A stretch of 64,000 nucleotides of DNA from a virus (Duplodnaviria > Caudoviricetes), in IMG/VR virus record IMGVR_UViG_3300033066_000592, positions 1-64,000 of that record; one strand, written 5' to 3'. Made by a program: the position numbers and the translations under genes. The notes beneath the pieces are model-generated. The model saw nothing but the letters and a program-made list of their open reading frames with translations. It ran no database searches and was not told the origin of the DNA. Positions 34,900 through 43,468 of this stretch are shown here, piece after piece. Every line of letters begins with the position of its first letter. The stretch's first letter is position 1.

Positions 34900-37800
34900 A
34901 TGCTGACAGGCAAAACGGTGTCAGGCGGCAAGCTGCGCGTGCGCGTGCAGCCGCTGCCCTACGCGCATCTCCAGCAAGTGGCTGACGGTTTGACGCACGT
35001 GTTTACGACACGTATGCGAGAGCTGGAAGCCAAACTGAACGCGCGTCTCGCTCACACGGTAGAGCGTCTACAGCCAGCCGTGCTCATCGTGTCTGACGAA
35101 CATCTGAGCAAAGCGGCTTCACCTAAGCAGAATGCATCTGGTCAAGCACGCGCGAAAGCCGGCGAGGGTCAGACGCGCACGTATCAGCGACCGCCAGGCG
35201 GTGTGAAGACGCCAGGCCAGCGCGGCGGCAAGTTCTACTACACGGCGACAGGCAAGCTTCGTTACGGCGAGAAGCCGCAGCCGCAAGAACGTGAAGCCAC
35301 GCACGAAGAGGTGCGCCAGCATTTTCAACACTTCCGGCCAACGCCATTCATGTCGAATTCTCGGGAGCACAAAGACCTGCTCCAGGCGATTCGTGATCTG
35401 AAGACCGGTGGCTTCGATGAGACAGATGACACGCTGCTCGGCTGGTGGGAGAAACACCAGAAGCAGTTCAACAAGCTATGGGGCCTGTCTGACGAGGATG
35501 TGGCCGGCGATCTGTCTGCGATCCAGCTACAAGACAACGACGGTCGAGAGCTGTCATATGAGCAGGCGGTTCATGAATTCCTGATGGATCAAGACTGGGG
35601 TGACGCCTCTGAAGCTGACGTAGAAGAGGCGCTGCGCGATGTCATGACGCGCTATCAGAATGCGCTACGTGACCCGGCCGTCATGAAGAAGGCCGAAGCC
35701 ATCGCAGCGCAAGTGGACCAGCAGGTGTATGGCTGGTTCACGAACATGGAAGCGACAGCCGATCACTATGACGGCCTGGCTGCGTCGCTGTCCGGTGATC
35801 CTGACGTCGCTGTTGCGAACATGACAGCGGCGCTTGGCGCTATGGAGCTGGTTTTCAAACCAGGCAAAGGCCAGAAAGCTGGCGATCTGACTGGTGCGAT
35901 TGCGCCGAACAGCGGCTGGCTCGACGAAGGCGGATACCTATCGACGACAGGCGCCGATCGCGTAGCGAGTCTCAACGTCGGACAGCTTCTCGCTATCTAC
36001 GCTGGCGCCAGGCTCAACGAGGCTTTCGATCCAGACACAGCGACCTACGACACGCTTCACGGTGGCAAAGGCCCGCAGTCAAAGCTGGCCGAAACTGTGC
36101 GCAAGCTCATCGCGCAGAAGCTGAAGCTGGACCCTGCGGGCGCGGTCATGACGACGGTGCTAGATGGCGTTCACGCAACCATCGAGCGTCTGGCTACGAC
36201 GTTCTCGAATGCCAACACAGGCCGTGACACGTCAGGTCTCGCCCGCAAGTTGCTCGACATGCCGAGCGACAAGCTCACCAAAGGTGGCGAGGGCGTTCAG
36301 AAGCTGATCGAGAAGGCGCAGAACTTCGAGCAGCTGAAGGCCGACGCGCTCAAGGCCCGTGAGGACGAATCCTGGTCTGTGCCCGACACGATGCTCGAAG
36401 GCAACGTCGGCGGGAAGAAGATCAATCCGATCACAGGCAAACCGTTCGACCTGTTCAAGCACCAAAAACAAGCCATCAACTGGGCCAAGACTGTCAAGCG
36501 TGGGCTTCTTGCAGACGATGCCGGTATGGGCAAAACGGCCGAAGTGATTGGCATTTGCGAGTCGCTGAAGCAAGACGGCAAGATCAAGCGCGGCATCTTG
36601 TTCCTACCACCGTCGCTTCTTGCACAGTGGCCAAAAGAGATCATGAGCTTCGCGCCAGAGATGGCAAAAGGCGGGCGCATCCTGAACCTGTCTGGCCTGT
36701 CCCTGGAAGCTCGCAAGGCCGCGCTTCAGAGCGACATGGCCAAGAACGCCGAGTACATCCTCATGAGCACGGGCTCACTTGCCTATGGCAAGTCCGAAGA
36801 CGGCGAGGAGGATGGCGGTATGGATGAGGGCTTGGTGCAAGCTCTCGCGGATCTCGACGGCGCTGTGTTCATCGACGAAGTACATCAGGGCGGCTTCAAG
36901 ACAGGTAGTCAGGGCGTCGCTGGTACGAAGGATTACAGACCGGGTAGTGTTAAGCATGAGATCACGAAACGCATCATCGGTGAGCGTGATTACGCGTTTG
37001 GCATGACAGCTACACCATGTCCAAACAACCCGATGGACCTGTATCACTTGATAAACCTCTTTCACCCAGGGTGTGTTGGGGATCAGGCTGAGTGGGAAGA
37101 GAAGTTGTCGGGCGTGAAGTGGGACGGCCATTCGTGGCGCATACCGCATCCTGAGAATGTGCAAGAGATTAACCGTCGTATTAAGCCGTTCGCGCTACAC
37201 CGTTTGATCACGGACAAAGTTGTTGAAGAAGACATGGGCAAGCAACTCCCGCAGCTCACGTCTAACGCGATAGACTTAGAGCCAGCGACGGCAAAGTGTC
37301 CCGTAACAGGTTGGAGTCAGCTTGATTACCTGCGACCTGGCGGTGTTTGCGATGCTTTGGCGCAGAAACGCTTAGAGATCATCAACGCGAAGCGTGAAAA
37401 AGCCGGAAAGCCTGTGTTGGAGGGTGTAGACGCAGAGACTACCGTGCGCATGATCCACATGGGCCTAGAGCGCCAGGCCGCTATCAGTCCAGAGCTGATA
37501 GATCCGCGCTACCGCGGTCCTGCCGCCAAGCTCGATCGCGTTGTTGCCGATGTCATCGCCCACTTCTCAGGCGGCGCTGGTCAGGAAGGCAAGCCGATCG
37601 TTCTGTTCGACAGCTTCCCTCGCAAGTCTTTTCCCGTCGTCAAGCGCAAGCTTGCGGAAGCCGGCATCGACGTGAGCGGCATCGGCGAGATCATGGGTGG
37701 CAAGTCAGCGCAAGAACGCGCTTTCATGCAGGATATGCTCAACGGTTATGAGCGTGTGAATCCTGCGACGAAAGAGAAGGAGTTCGTACCAGGTAAGCTC

Positions 37801-39282
37801 AAGGTGCTGCTCGTAGGTACGAAGGCTGGCGGCGCTGGTCTGAACCTACAAAAAGCGGCGAATCGCTCGATGTTTTTGAGCGAGCCGTGGGACCCCGCGA
37901 GCAAGCGCCAAGCACTTGGCCGCGTGTGGCGCACAGGGCAGAAGTCGCACTGTACCGCTGACAACTACCGCATGATCGGTACCTACGATATGCGTGTGGA
38001 AAATAAGCTCGGCACCAAGCAGCTCATGACGACTGCTTTGCTGGGCGACGCTGACGTGGACTTCAATCAGAGTGCTGACGAGCACATCCAGCGTCTGACG
38101 GGCCGCGAACTTGGCGGCGAGAACATGAGCACCGAGCAGATGGCGGCTCTGTTGGCAAACGCTGGTAACTTCAGTATCGACGCCGATTCGCTGGGCGATG
38201 ACTTCGATGACGTGAGCGAAGACTCGTTTGACGATTCTGAGTTCATGGACAAGAAGCTCAAGCGGTCAGAAGAAAAGAAGCTGGAGGCTGACCCAGCAAA
38301 GCGCGCCGCGCTTCAAAAGAAGGCGCCACAACTGGCCGAAGTCGTCGACATGAGTGCCGAGTCTGACAAGTGGCACGCAGAGGCGATGCGTCAGACGGCC
38401 AAACAGCGCTATGACATCGCGATGATGCAAGCGAAGGTCGCCGAGACGGCCGGTGACAAGCAGATGGCCGACAAGGCACAGAAAGCAGCGGAGCGCGTTA
38501 AGGCAGCCTTTCCAGAAGCTTTCGGCGCTGTCGAGCGTAAAAAGCAGGAAGTCGACACGGACGACCTGTTCGCCAAAAAGCAGCAAGCGAAAACCGAGTC
38601 GGTACAGCGTCAAGCGCAGACGGTAAACGAAGGCAAAGAGCCCACGCGCGGGGACATGAGCCTTGCTGCGGCCAACTATGTTGCGCGCAACAAAGATCAC
38701 TTCAGTACCAAGCAGCGCAAGGCCGCGCAAGAAGTGATCACACAGGCAGAGCGCCTGGGCATCGACAGTGATACGTGGCGACCTAACGAGGAGCGGCTTG
38801 ACCGGCTCGCCAAGCACAAGGGCCAGATGCCCAAGATGGGCGACGTGCTCAAAGACCTCAAGCAGCGGTGGGCGGAACACAACTGGCTTGAAGCAAACGG
38901 TCACACGAAAGAAGCAAAGGCCGCACGCAAAGAGATCGATCAGCAGCATGGCTGGCTGCCTGAAGAGTTCGATGACGTGGCGTCTCAGCAGCAGCAAGAG
39001 ATGGCGCACAAAGGCATTGGCGTGAAGCCGAAGAAGCCGGAAGGCTTTGTGGCACCTACGGCGTTTCCGGCCAAAAACCCCTTCAAGAAAAAAGAAGACC
39101 CTCTCGCTTACGACGCGATGGAACACCTGCTTGCGAAGCAGCCCAAGACGTATGACGATACGCAGGCAGCGCTACTCCAGCACGTCAAGAAGACGATGAA
39201 GGGCACACCCGAAGCGCTTAACAAGTTCGCCACGCAGGTGCACAAGTACCTGATCAAGAACAAGGGTTTGACCTATGGATGA
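34900..39282 (+). CDS. SNF2-family (SF2) helicase/translocase, 1460 aa
   Basis: GLLADDAGMGKT, FIDEVH, MTATP.PNNPMDLY, AGGAGLNLQKA, PWDP...QALGRVWRTGQ. Confidence 0.92.
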   Translation: MLTGKTVSGGKLRVRVQPLPYAHLQQVADGLTHVFTTRMRELEAKLNARLAHTVERLQPAVLIVSDEHLSKAASPKQNASGQARAKAGEGQTRTYQRPPGGVKTPGQRGGKFYYTATGKLRYGEKPQPQEREATHEEVRQHFQHFRPTPFMSNSREHKDLLQAIRDLKTGGFDETDDTLLGWWEKHQKQFNKLWGLSDEDVAGDLSAIQLQDNDGRELSYEQAVHEFLMDQDWGDASEADVEEALRDVMTRYQNALRDPAVMKKAEAIAAQVDQQVYGWFTNMEATADHYDGLAASLSGDPDVAVANMTAALGAMELVFKPGKGQKAGDLTGAIAPNSGWLDEGGYLSTTGADRVASLNVGQLLAIYAGARLNEAFDPDTATYDTLHGGKGPQSKLAETVRKLIAQKLKLDPAGAVMTTVLDGVHATIERLATTFSNANTGRDTSGLARKLLDMPSDKLTKGGEGVQKLIEKAQNFEQLKADALKAREDESWSVPDTMLEGNVGGKKINPITGKPFDLFKHQKQAINWAKTVKRGLLADDAGMGKTAEVIGICESLKQDGKIKRGILFLPPSLLAQWPKEIMSFAPEMAKGGRILNLSGLSLEARKAALQSDMAKNAEYILMSTGSLAYGKSEDGEEDGGMDEGLVQALADLDGAVFIDEVHQGGFKTGSQGVAGTKDYRPGSVKHEITKRIIGERDYAFGMTATPCPNNPMDLYHLINLFHPGCVGDQAEWEEKLSGVKWDGHSWRIPHPENVQEINRRIKPFALHRLITDKVVEEDMGKQLPQLTSNAIDLEPATAKCPVTGWSQLDYLRPGGVCDALAQKRLEIINAKREKAGKPVLEGVDAETTVRMIHMGLERQAAISPELIDPRYRGPAAKLDRVVADVIAHFSGGAGQEGKPIVLFDSFPRKSFPVVKRKLAEAGIDVSGIGEIMGGKSAQERAFMQDMLNGYERVNPATKEKEFVPGKLKVLLVGTKAGGAGLNLQKAANRSMFLSEPWDPASKRQALGRVWRTGQKSHCTADNYRMIGTYDMRVENKLGTKQLMTTALLGDADVDFNQSADEHIQRLTGRELGGENMSTEQMAALLANAGNFSIDADSLGDDFDDVSEDSFDDSEFMDKKLKRSEEKKLEADPAKRAALQKKAPQLAEVVDMSAESDKWHAEAMRQTAKQRYDIAMMQAKVAETAGDKQMADKAQKAAERVKAAFPEAFGAVERKKQEVDTDDLFAKKQQAKTESVQRQAQTVNEGKEPTRGDMSLAAANYVARNKDHFSTKQRKAAQEVITQAERLGIDSDTWRPNEERLDRLAKHKGQMPKMGDVLKDLKQRWAEHNWLEANGHTKEAKAARKEIDQQHGWLPEEFDDVASQQQQEMAHKGIGVKPKKPEGFVAPTAFPAKNPFKKKEDPLAYDAMEHLLAKQPKTYDDTQAALLQHVKKTMKGTPEALNKFATQVHKYLIKNKGLTYG

Positions 39283-39673
39283 TCACGCGATTTTCGAACT
39301 CGTGCGCGCTGACGGTAAGAAGCGCGCACGAGTGACGACACCGAAAGACACGCTGCGCGTGCACGACGCCGACGAGCTTCGTGCACAGCTTGATCACTAC
39401 AGCAAGGCCAATGGTGTGACGTTCCTACGTCACGTGGTCGTTGACTCGCAGCAGGCACGTCTTCAGTACGTCAAGTACCTGCGACCGGCTTTGCGCTACT
39501 ACTGCAAAAAGTTTGGCGTACAAGTGCCCGACTGGCTCAAGGCCGATACAGCTTTCTCAACGCTGTCCGCACACGAGCAGCACACGCTGTTCGGTGAAAC
39601 GGTCAAGTTTCCTGTGCGTGAATTCGCAGAGGTGAACACGTCTGGTTCGAAGCAAGGAAAGATCGCGTCATGA
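39275..39673 (+). CDS. hypothetical protein
   Basis: Overlapping start and stop with both neighbours. Confidence 0.65.
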   Translation: MDDHAIFELVRADGKKRARVTTPKDTLRVHDADELRAQLDHYSKANGVTFLRHVVVDSQQARLQYVKYLRPALRYYCKKFGVQVPDWLKADTAFSTLSAHEQHTLFGETVKFPVREFAEVNTSGSKQGKIAS

Positions 39674-40374
39674 GCGCCGGCCTTTTGGACCTGACAGTGC
39701 TGACGCGCGAGGTCGACGTAGAGTTCACGGCGTTCCTCTACGAACTTTTTGGGTCGGCCGTTGTCGACGCGGAAAGCGCCATGATCGCTCGGACTACCTT
39801 GCACAAGAAGTCCGAGCGCGTCGGTATGCAGCTGTTGGCTGAGGCGAATAGCAGTCGACCTACGCAGCGGTTAGCTCGTGAGCGGCTGGTTCTGCGGGCG
39901 CAGGCACTTCGTGACGACGTGCAGCGTGGCTTGACGCAGGCGTGGCTGTCTGCCGATGGCCAGCCGGTCGAGGCTCGCGTGGAATTTATGCGTCGCGAAA
40001 TCGTGCCTCGTCTTGTGATGGACGCTGTGCGTGCATGGGTTCGCGTCGGCACGGCAGAGGTCTGGACGCTCTACCAGGAAGCGCGAGCACAGGAAATCGT
40101 CGATAGTACGGGCTTGCCTGATCCGTATGTGCACAAGATAGGTGCCGAAGACTGCTGTGAGTTCTGCGTGCATCTGTACGGCTCCGAGGGCAAATACAAG
40201 ACGTACCGGCTGAGCGAACTGCGTGGGAACGGCACGAATGCGGGCCGCGAGCCTCGGCAGGAGGTTCTAGAGGGCAAGGTTGTGCCTGAACAGCATCGTG
40301 ACTGGTTGCCTGTGCTGGGCTCTACGCACGGCTGGTGCAACTGTGCGTTGCAGGCGGCGGGAGCACCTACGTGA
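39670..40374 (+). CDS. MuF-like head morphogenesis protein
   Basis: CCEFC...THGWCNC C-terminal motif; position in the head module. Confidence 0.65.
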   Translation: MSAGLLDLTVLTREVDVEFTAFLYELFGSAVVDAESAMIARTTLHKKSERVGMQLLAEANSSRPTQRLARERLVLRAQALRDDVQRGLTQAWLSADGQPVEARVEFMRREIVPRLVMDAVRAWVRVGTAEVWTLYQEARAQEIVDSTGLPDPYVHKIGAEDCCEFCVHLYGSEGKYKTYRLSELRGNGTNAGREPRQEVLEGKVVPEQHRDWLPVLGSTHGWCNCALQAAGAPT

Positions 40375-41225
40375 GCGAGTCACCGTTTGCACGTGTGGTT
40401 CTGCACCAGAAACCTACAAAGCTGGAAACGCCAGATTCTGGCCGCACAGGCTTGGTGCGCATTGCGACGTACGAGGGCGGCACCAAAGCTGTGGTCCGTG
40501 TGCAGAGTCACGAGCTTGAAGGTAAGCGCACCAAGGGCTTCACCAAGCAAGACGGGCTGCCTGTGAAATCACAGCCCGTCAAAGACGCGGCCTACTACGC
40601 ACTGGCGAAGCTGTTGCGTTGCGACGACATCGTGCCCGAAACGTTGCTGAAGATTACGCGACGCGGCAACGACGTTTCATACCAACGATTCGAGCGAGCA
40701 CTGACACTGCGTGACCTAGAGCCGGCTTTACACAAGCTGGAAAAGGGCAGCGACGAGTGGCGTGCTGCGGCGGCACAAGCCATGAAAGTCGTCTCTGACG
40801 AAGACTGGCTCAAGGCAGCGCTGCTCGGCCTTGTTGCGGCTGACCGAGACAGGCATCTCAAGAACTTTGGCGTGCGTGTCTTGGTTGAAGGAAACCGCAT
40901 CGTCTATAGGCTCGTGCTGTGGGACAACGGCGTTTGTCTCGGACAAGCATTCAAGAAGTATCGCAGCGTCGTGCATGAGATCCTGCATGCTCGCAAACTG
41001 GTGTTCGGTGACGTCTTGGCGCGCGTAGACGACATACGTGCTGACGACGTGACAGACTTACTGGTTACGAACCGCATCCACCCGACGGAAGCACAGCAAG
41101 CCGGCAAGCGGCTTGACTTCGTGCGCCGATACCCCCACCGGATGCCTTGGAACATACTCACAGGCATGCCCGGCTATCCTGCCTATCGAAATTTCTTCAG
41201 AGGCGGGGTAGATTGGCGGGGATGA
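40371..41225 (+). CDS. PI3K/PI4K- or HipA-like kinase
   Basis: AAYYALAKLL..DIVPET; DRDRHLKN catalytic loop; LWDNG. Confidence 0.72.
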   Translation: MSESPFARVVLHQKPTKLETPDSGRTGLVRIATYEGGTKAVVRVQSHELEGKRTKGFTKQDGLPVKSQPVKDAAYYALAKLLRCDDIVPETLLKITRRGNDVSYQRFERALTLRDLEPALHKLEKGSDEWRAAAAQAMKVVSDEDWLKAALLGLVAADRDRHLKNFGVRVLVEGNRIVYRLVLWDNGVCLGQAFKKYRSVVHEILHARKLVFGDVLARVDDIRADDVTDLLVTNRIHPTEAQQAGKRLDFVRRYPHRMPWNILTGMPGYPAYRNFFRGGVDWRG

Positions 41226-42010
41226 GTACAGCACACGAGGTACAGCGTCTTCTTGAGGAGGACGAATTTTCGCTGTGGGTTCCGCCTACCGCGACGTCAG
41301 GCTTTACGCTCCTGTCGAAAGCTGGCGAAGTTCCTGCTGACGATGCCCCGCGCATCATTCACGGCTTCTGCACGACAGAGCACGAAGACCGGCAACAGGA
41401 AATCGTGATCGCCAAGGGCCTGGACTTCGCACCGTTCATCAAGCATGGCTGGTTCAACGACAATCACTCGCCACGAACGGCCGACGTGTTGGGCTGGCCT
41501 ATCGAAGCTCGTCTCTACGAAGACAAAGGCTGGTACACGAAAGGCCAGCTTCTGAAGGGCAAAAAAGCCGCTGACGACGTATGGGAACTGGCTGTCGCCC
41601 TTTTCAAGAGTGGTAGCCCTCGACGCCTGGGCTTTTCGATCGAAGGCAAAGCGACGTTGCGCAATGCAGCAAATCGCATTGTCAAAGGCGTTGTGCGTCA
41701 TGTCGCCATCACGCGCGATCCTGTGAACCCGAACTGTCAGCTCGACGTGCTGTGCAAGGCTTTCGCGCCGTCGGAAGAAATCGAGCGCGCCTACACGATC
41801 AGCAAGGCCGCGATGATCGGCCATCAACATCCCGTTATGCACGGTCACGCAGCTCTTGTGCCTGCAAACTTGGAAGCTGCACGTATCATCCGACGAAAAC
41901 AAAAACGTTTGTCGAAGGCAGACGTAGAACATCTCGTACGTCAAGAGATGCAAATGTCCGACGCCTCCGTGATGCGCGTCGTGGACTGGATCATGTCGCA
42001 ACAACAGTGA
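41222..42010 (+). CDS. prohead maturation protease
   Basis: IHGFCTTEHEDRQQEIV, FNDNH, GFSIEG, HVAIT.DPVNP. Confidence 0.85.
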   Translation: MSTAHEVQRLLEEDEFSLWVPPTATSGFTLLSKAGEVPADDAPRIIHGFCTTEHEDRQQEIVIAKGLDFAPFIKHGWFNDNHSPRTADVLGWPIEARLYEDKGWYTKGQLLKGKKAADDVWELAVALFKSGSPRRLGFSIEGKATLRNAANRIVKGVVRHVAITRDPVNPNCQLDVLCKAFAPSEEIERAYTISKAAMIGHQHPVMHGHAALVPANLEAARIIRRKQKRLSKADVEHLVRQEMQMSDASVMRVVDWIMSQQQ

Positions 42011-42017
42011 GGACCAG

Positions 42018-42389
42018 ATGAACAAGGCACCGACGCAGACCACTCGCCGTATCAACCTGACCGATCCCCAGATCAAGCTGTTTCAGCTGGCGAGCGGTCA
42101 GAGTTTTACGATCCCGGAATCGATCGACATCCCTCCGATGCCGAACAACCTGATGGCTGCGGCCACCAGTCGGCGCGCCACTGGCGGTGAGATTTTTGGC
42201 TTCACCGATGACCAGGGCGTCATCGAGCCGCATCGGGATTTCGGCCTCGTGCTGAAGCCTGGCGATCGGCTGGTGCACGGTGCCATCGGCGCGGTGGCCG
42301 CGAACACTTCGATCCTGTACGTCAACGACGTCGAAGTGCTGCGAATCACGTGCAGCGACATCAGCGTGGTGCTCGGCTTCTACAGCTAG
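42018..42389 (+). CDS. hypothetical protein
   Basis: GAGGA RBS; lies between protease and scaffold. Confidence 0.65.
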   Translation: MNKAPTQTTRRINLTDPQIKLFQLASGQSFTIPESIDIPPMPNNLMAAATSRRATGGEIFGFTDDQGVIEPHRDFGLVLKPGDRLVHGAIGAVAANTSILYVNDVEVLRITCSDISVVLGFYS

Positions 42390-42438
42390 GCGCTGTCGTT
42401 TCACATCACCGAACGCTGAAAAGCACTGGAGCTTCAAG

Positions 42439-43404
42439 ATGGGTAAGAAAGCAGTTTCAGACGAGACGGTTACGGCAGCGCTGGCACAGCTGCGATCCAA
42501 GATCGCCAAGAGCCAAGGCGGCGATGCCCTGGCGAGCGCCGATACGGAGGGTGGGCTGTCCTCCGAAGGTGAAGACATGAGCAAGCTGGGCAAAGGCAAG
42601 GCCGGCAAGGTCGCCAAAGGCAAGAAGCCACCGATGAAGAAGATGTATTCGGAGTCGGATAAAGATCCCGACGAGTCGTCTGACGATGACGAATCGAGTG
42701 ACGACGAGTCTTCGCCCGCAGCGCCGCCTGTCAAGAAGGGCATGCCGGAGTCTGACGAGTCGTCCGACGAAGAGTCATCCGACGACGAGGAGTCTTCGCC
42801 TGCGCCGACCGTCAACAAGAGCAAGAAGCGCGTTCGCAAGTCGCTCGTCGATCGCGTCGAGGACGACACGGATTTGCGCAAGGGCTTCGCCGCCAATGCG
42901 TTCCTGAAGTCGATGACGGAACGCCTGTCGGACACCGTCGAAGACTATCGCGACGAGCTGCGCAAGTCGTACGGCGAGCTGTCCGAGCAGGTCGATGGTC
43001 TGGGCGAGAACTTCGCGGGCATGCACGAGAACATCAGCGCTCTGGCGGCCGACAACGCGCGACTGAAGAAGGGCATGGATGTGCTTGCGGAGGGCCTGAC
43101 TGAGGCGCTGTCGCTGCTCGAACGCATTGCCAAGGCGCCTACGAGCAGCGGTCCACGCAGCGTTCTGCGCAAAGGGGATGTCGTGGAGCCGTCGCGGCTC
43201 AATGACGGCGGTGATGATTCGCTGAACCCCGCGCAGCACAGCAATCTCGTCAAGTCGTACCTGCTAGAGAAGATCGAGAAGGGCGAAGTGGCCAGCACGG
43301 TCATGGCTGCCTGGGAGCAGATGGGCAACGTCGAGTATTTGCCCTCGAATGTCATGAACAAGATGCTGGCCGATTTCCAGGCCGGCTGGAAGCCCAAGGC
43401 GTAA
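42439..43404 (+). CDS. capsid scaffold protein
   Basis: Acidic D/E/S tracts and coiled coil; directly upstream of the major capsid gene; GGAG RBS before ATG 42439. Confidence 0.75.
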   Translation: MGKKAVSDETVTAALAQLRSKIAKSQGGDALASADTEGGLSSEGEDMSKLGKGKAGKVAKGKKPPMKKMYSESDKDPDESSDDDESSDDESSPAAPPVKKGMPESDESSDEESSDDEESSPAPTVNKSKKRVRKSLVDRVEDDTDLRKGFAANAFLKSMTERLSDTVEDYRDELRKSYGELSEQVDGLGENFAGMHENISALAADNARLKKGMDVLAEGLTEALSLLERIAKAPTSSGPRSVLRKGDVVEPSRLNDGGDDSLNPAQHSNLVKSYLLEKIEKGEVASTVMAAWEQMGNVEYLPSNVMNKMLADFQAGWKPKA

Positions 43405-43413
43405 GCCGCCGCT

Positions 43414-43436
43414 GAGGCAGCTATCTCGGCTGCCTC
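43414..43436 (+). other. 8-bp stem-loop between scaffold and major capsid genes
   Basis: GAGGCAGC-7 nt-GCTGCCTC. Confidence 0.45.
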
Positions 43437-43468
43437 TCAACGCAAACCAGGAACAAGGAACAGAGAGT

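Noticed and set aside
34900-39282. Intein or intron in SNF2, terL or TopIB
   Set aside because: No C/S...HN-C/S/T splice ends or LAGLIDADG motifs seen; catalytic motifs are contiguous.
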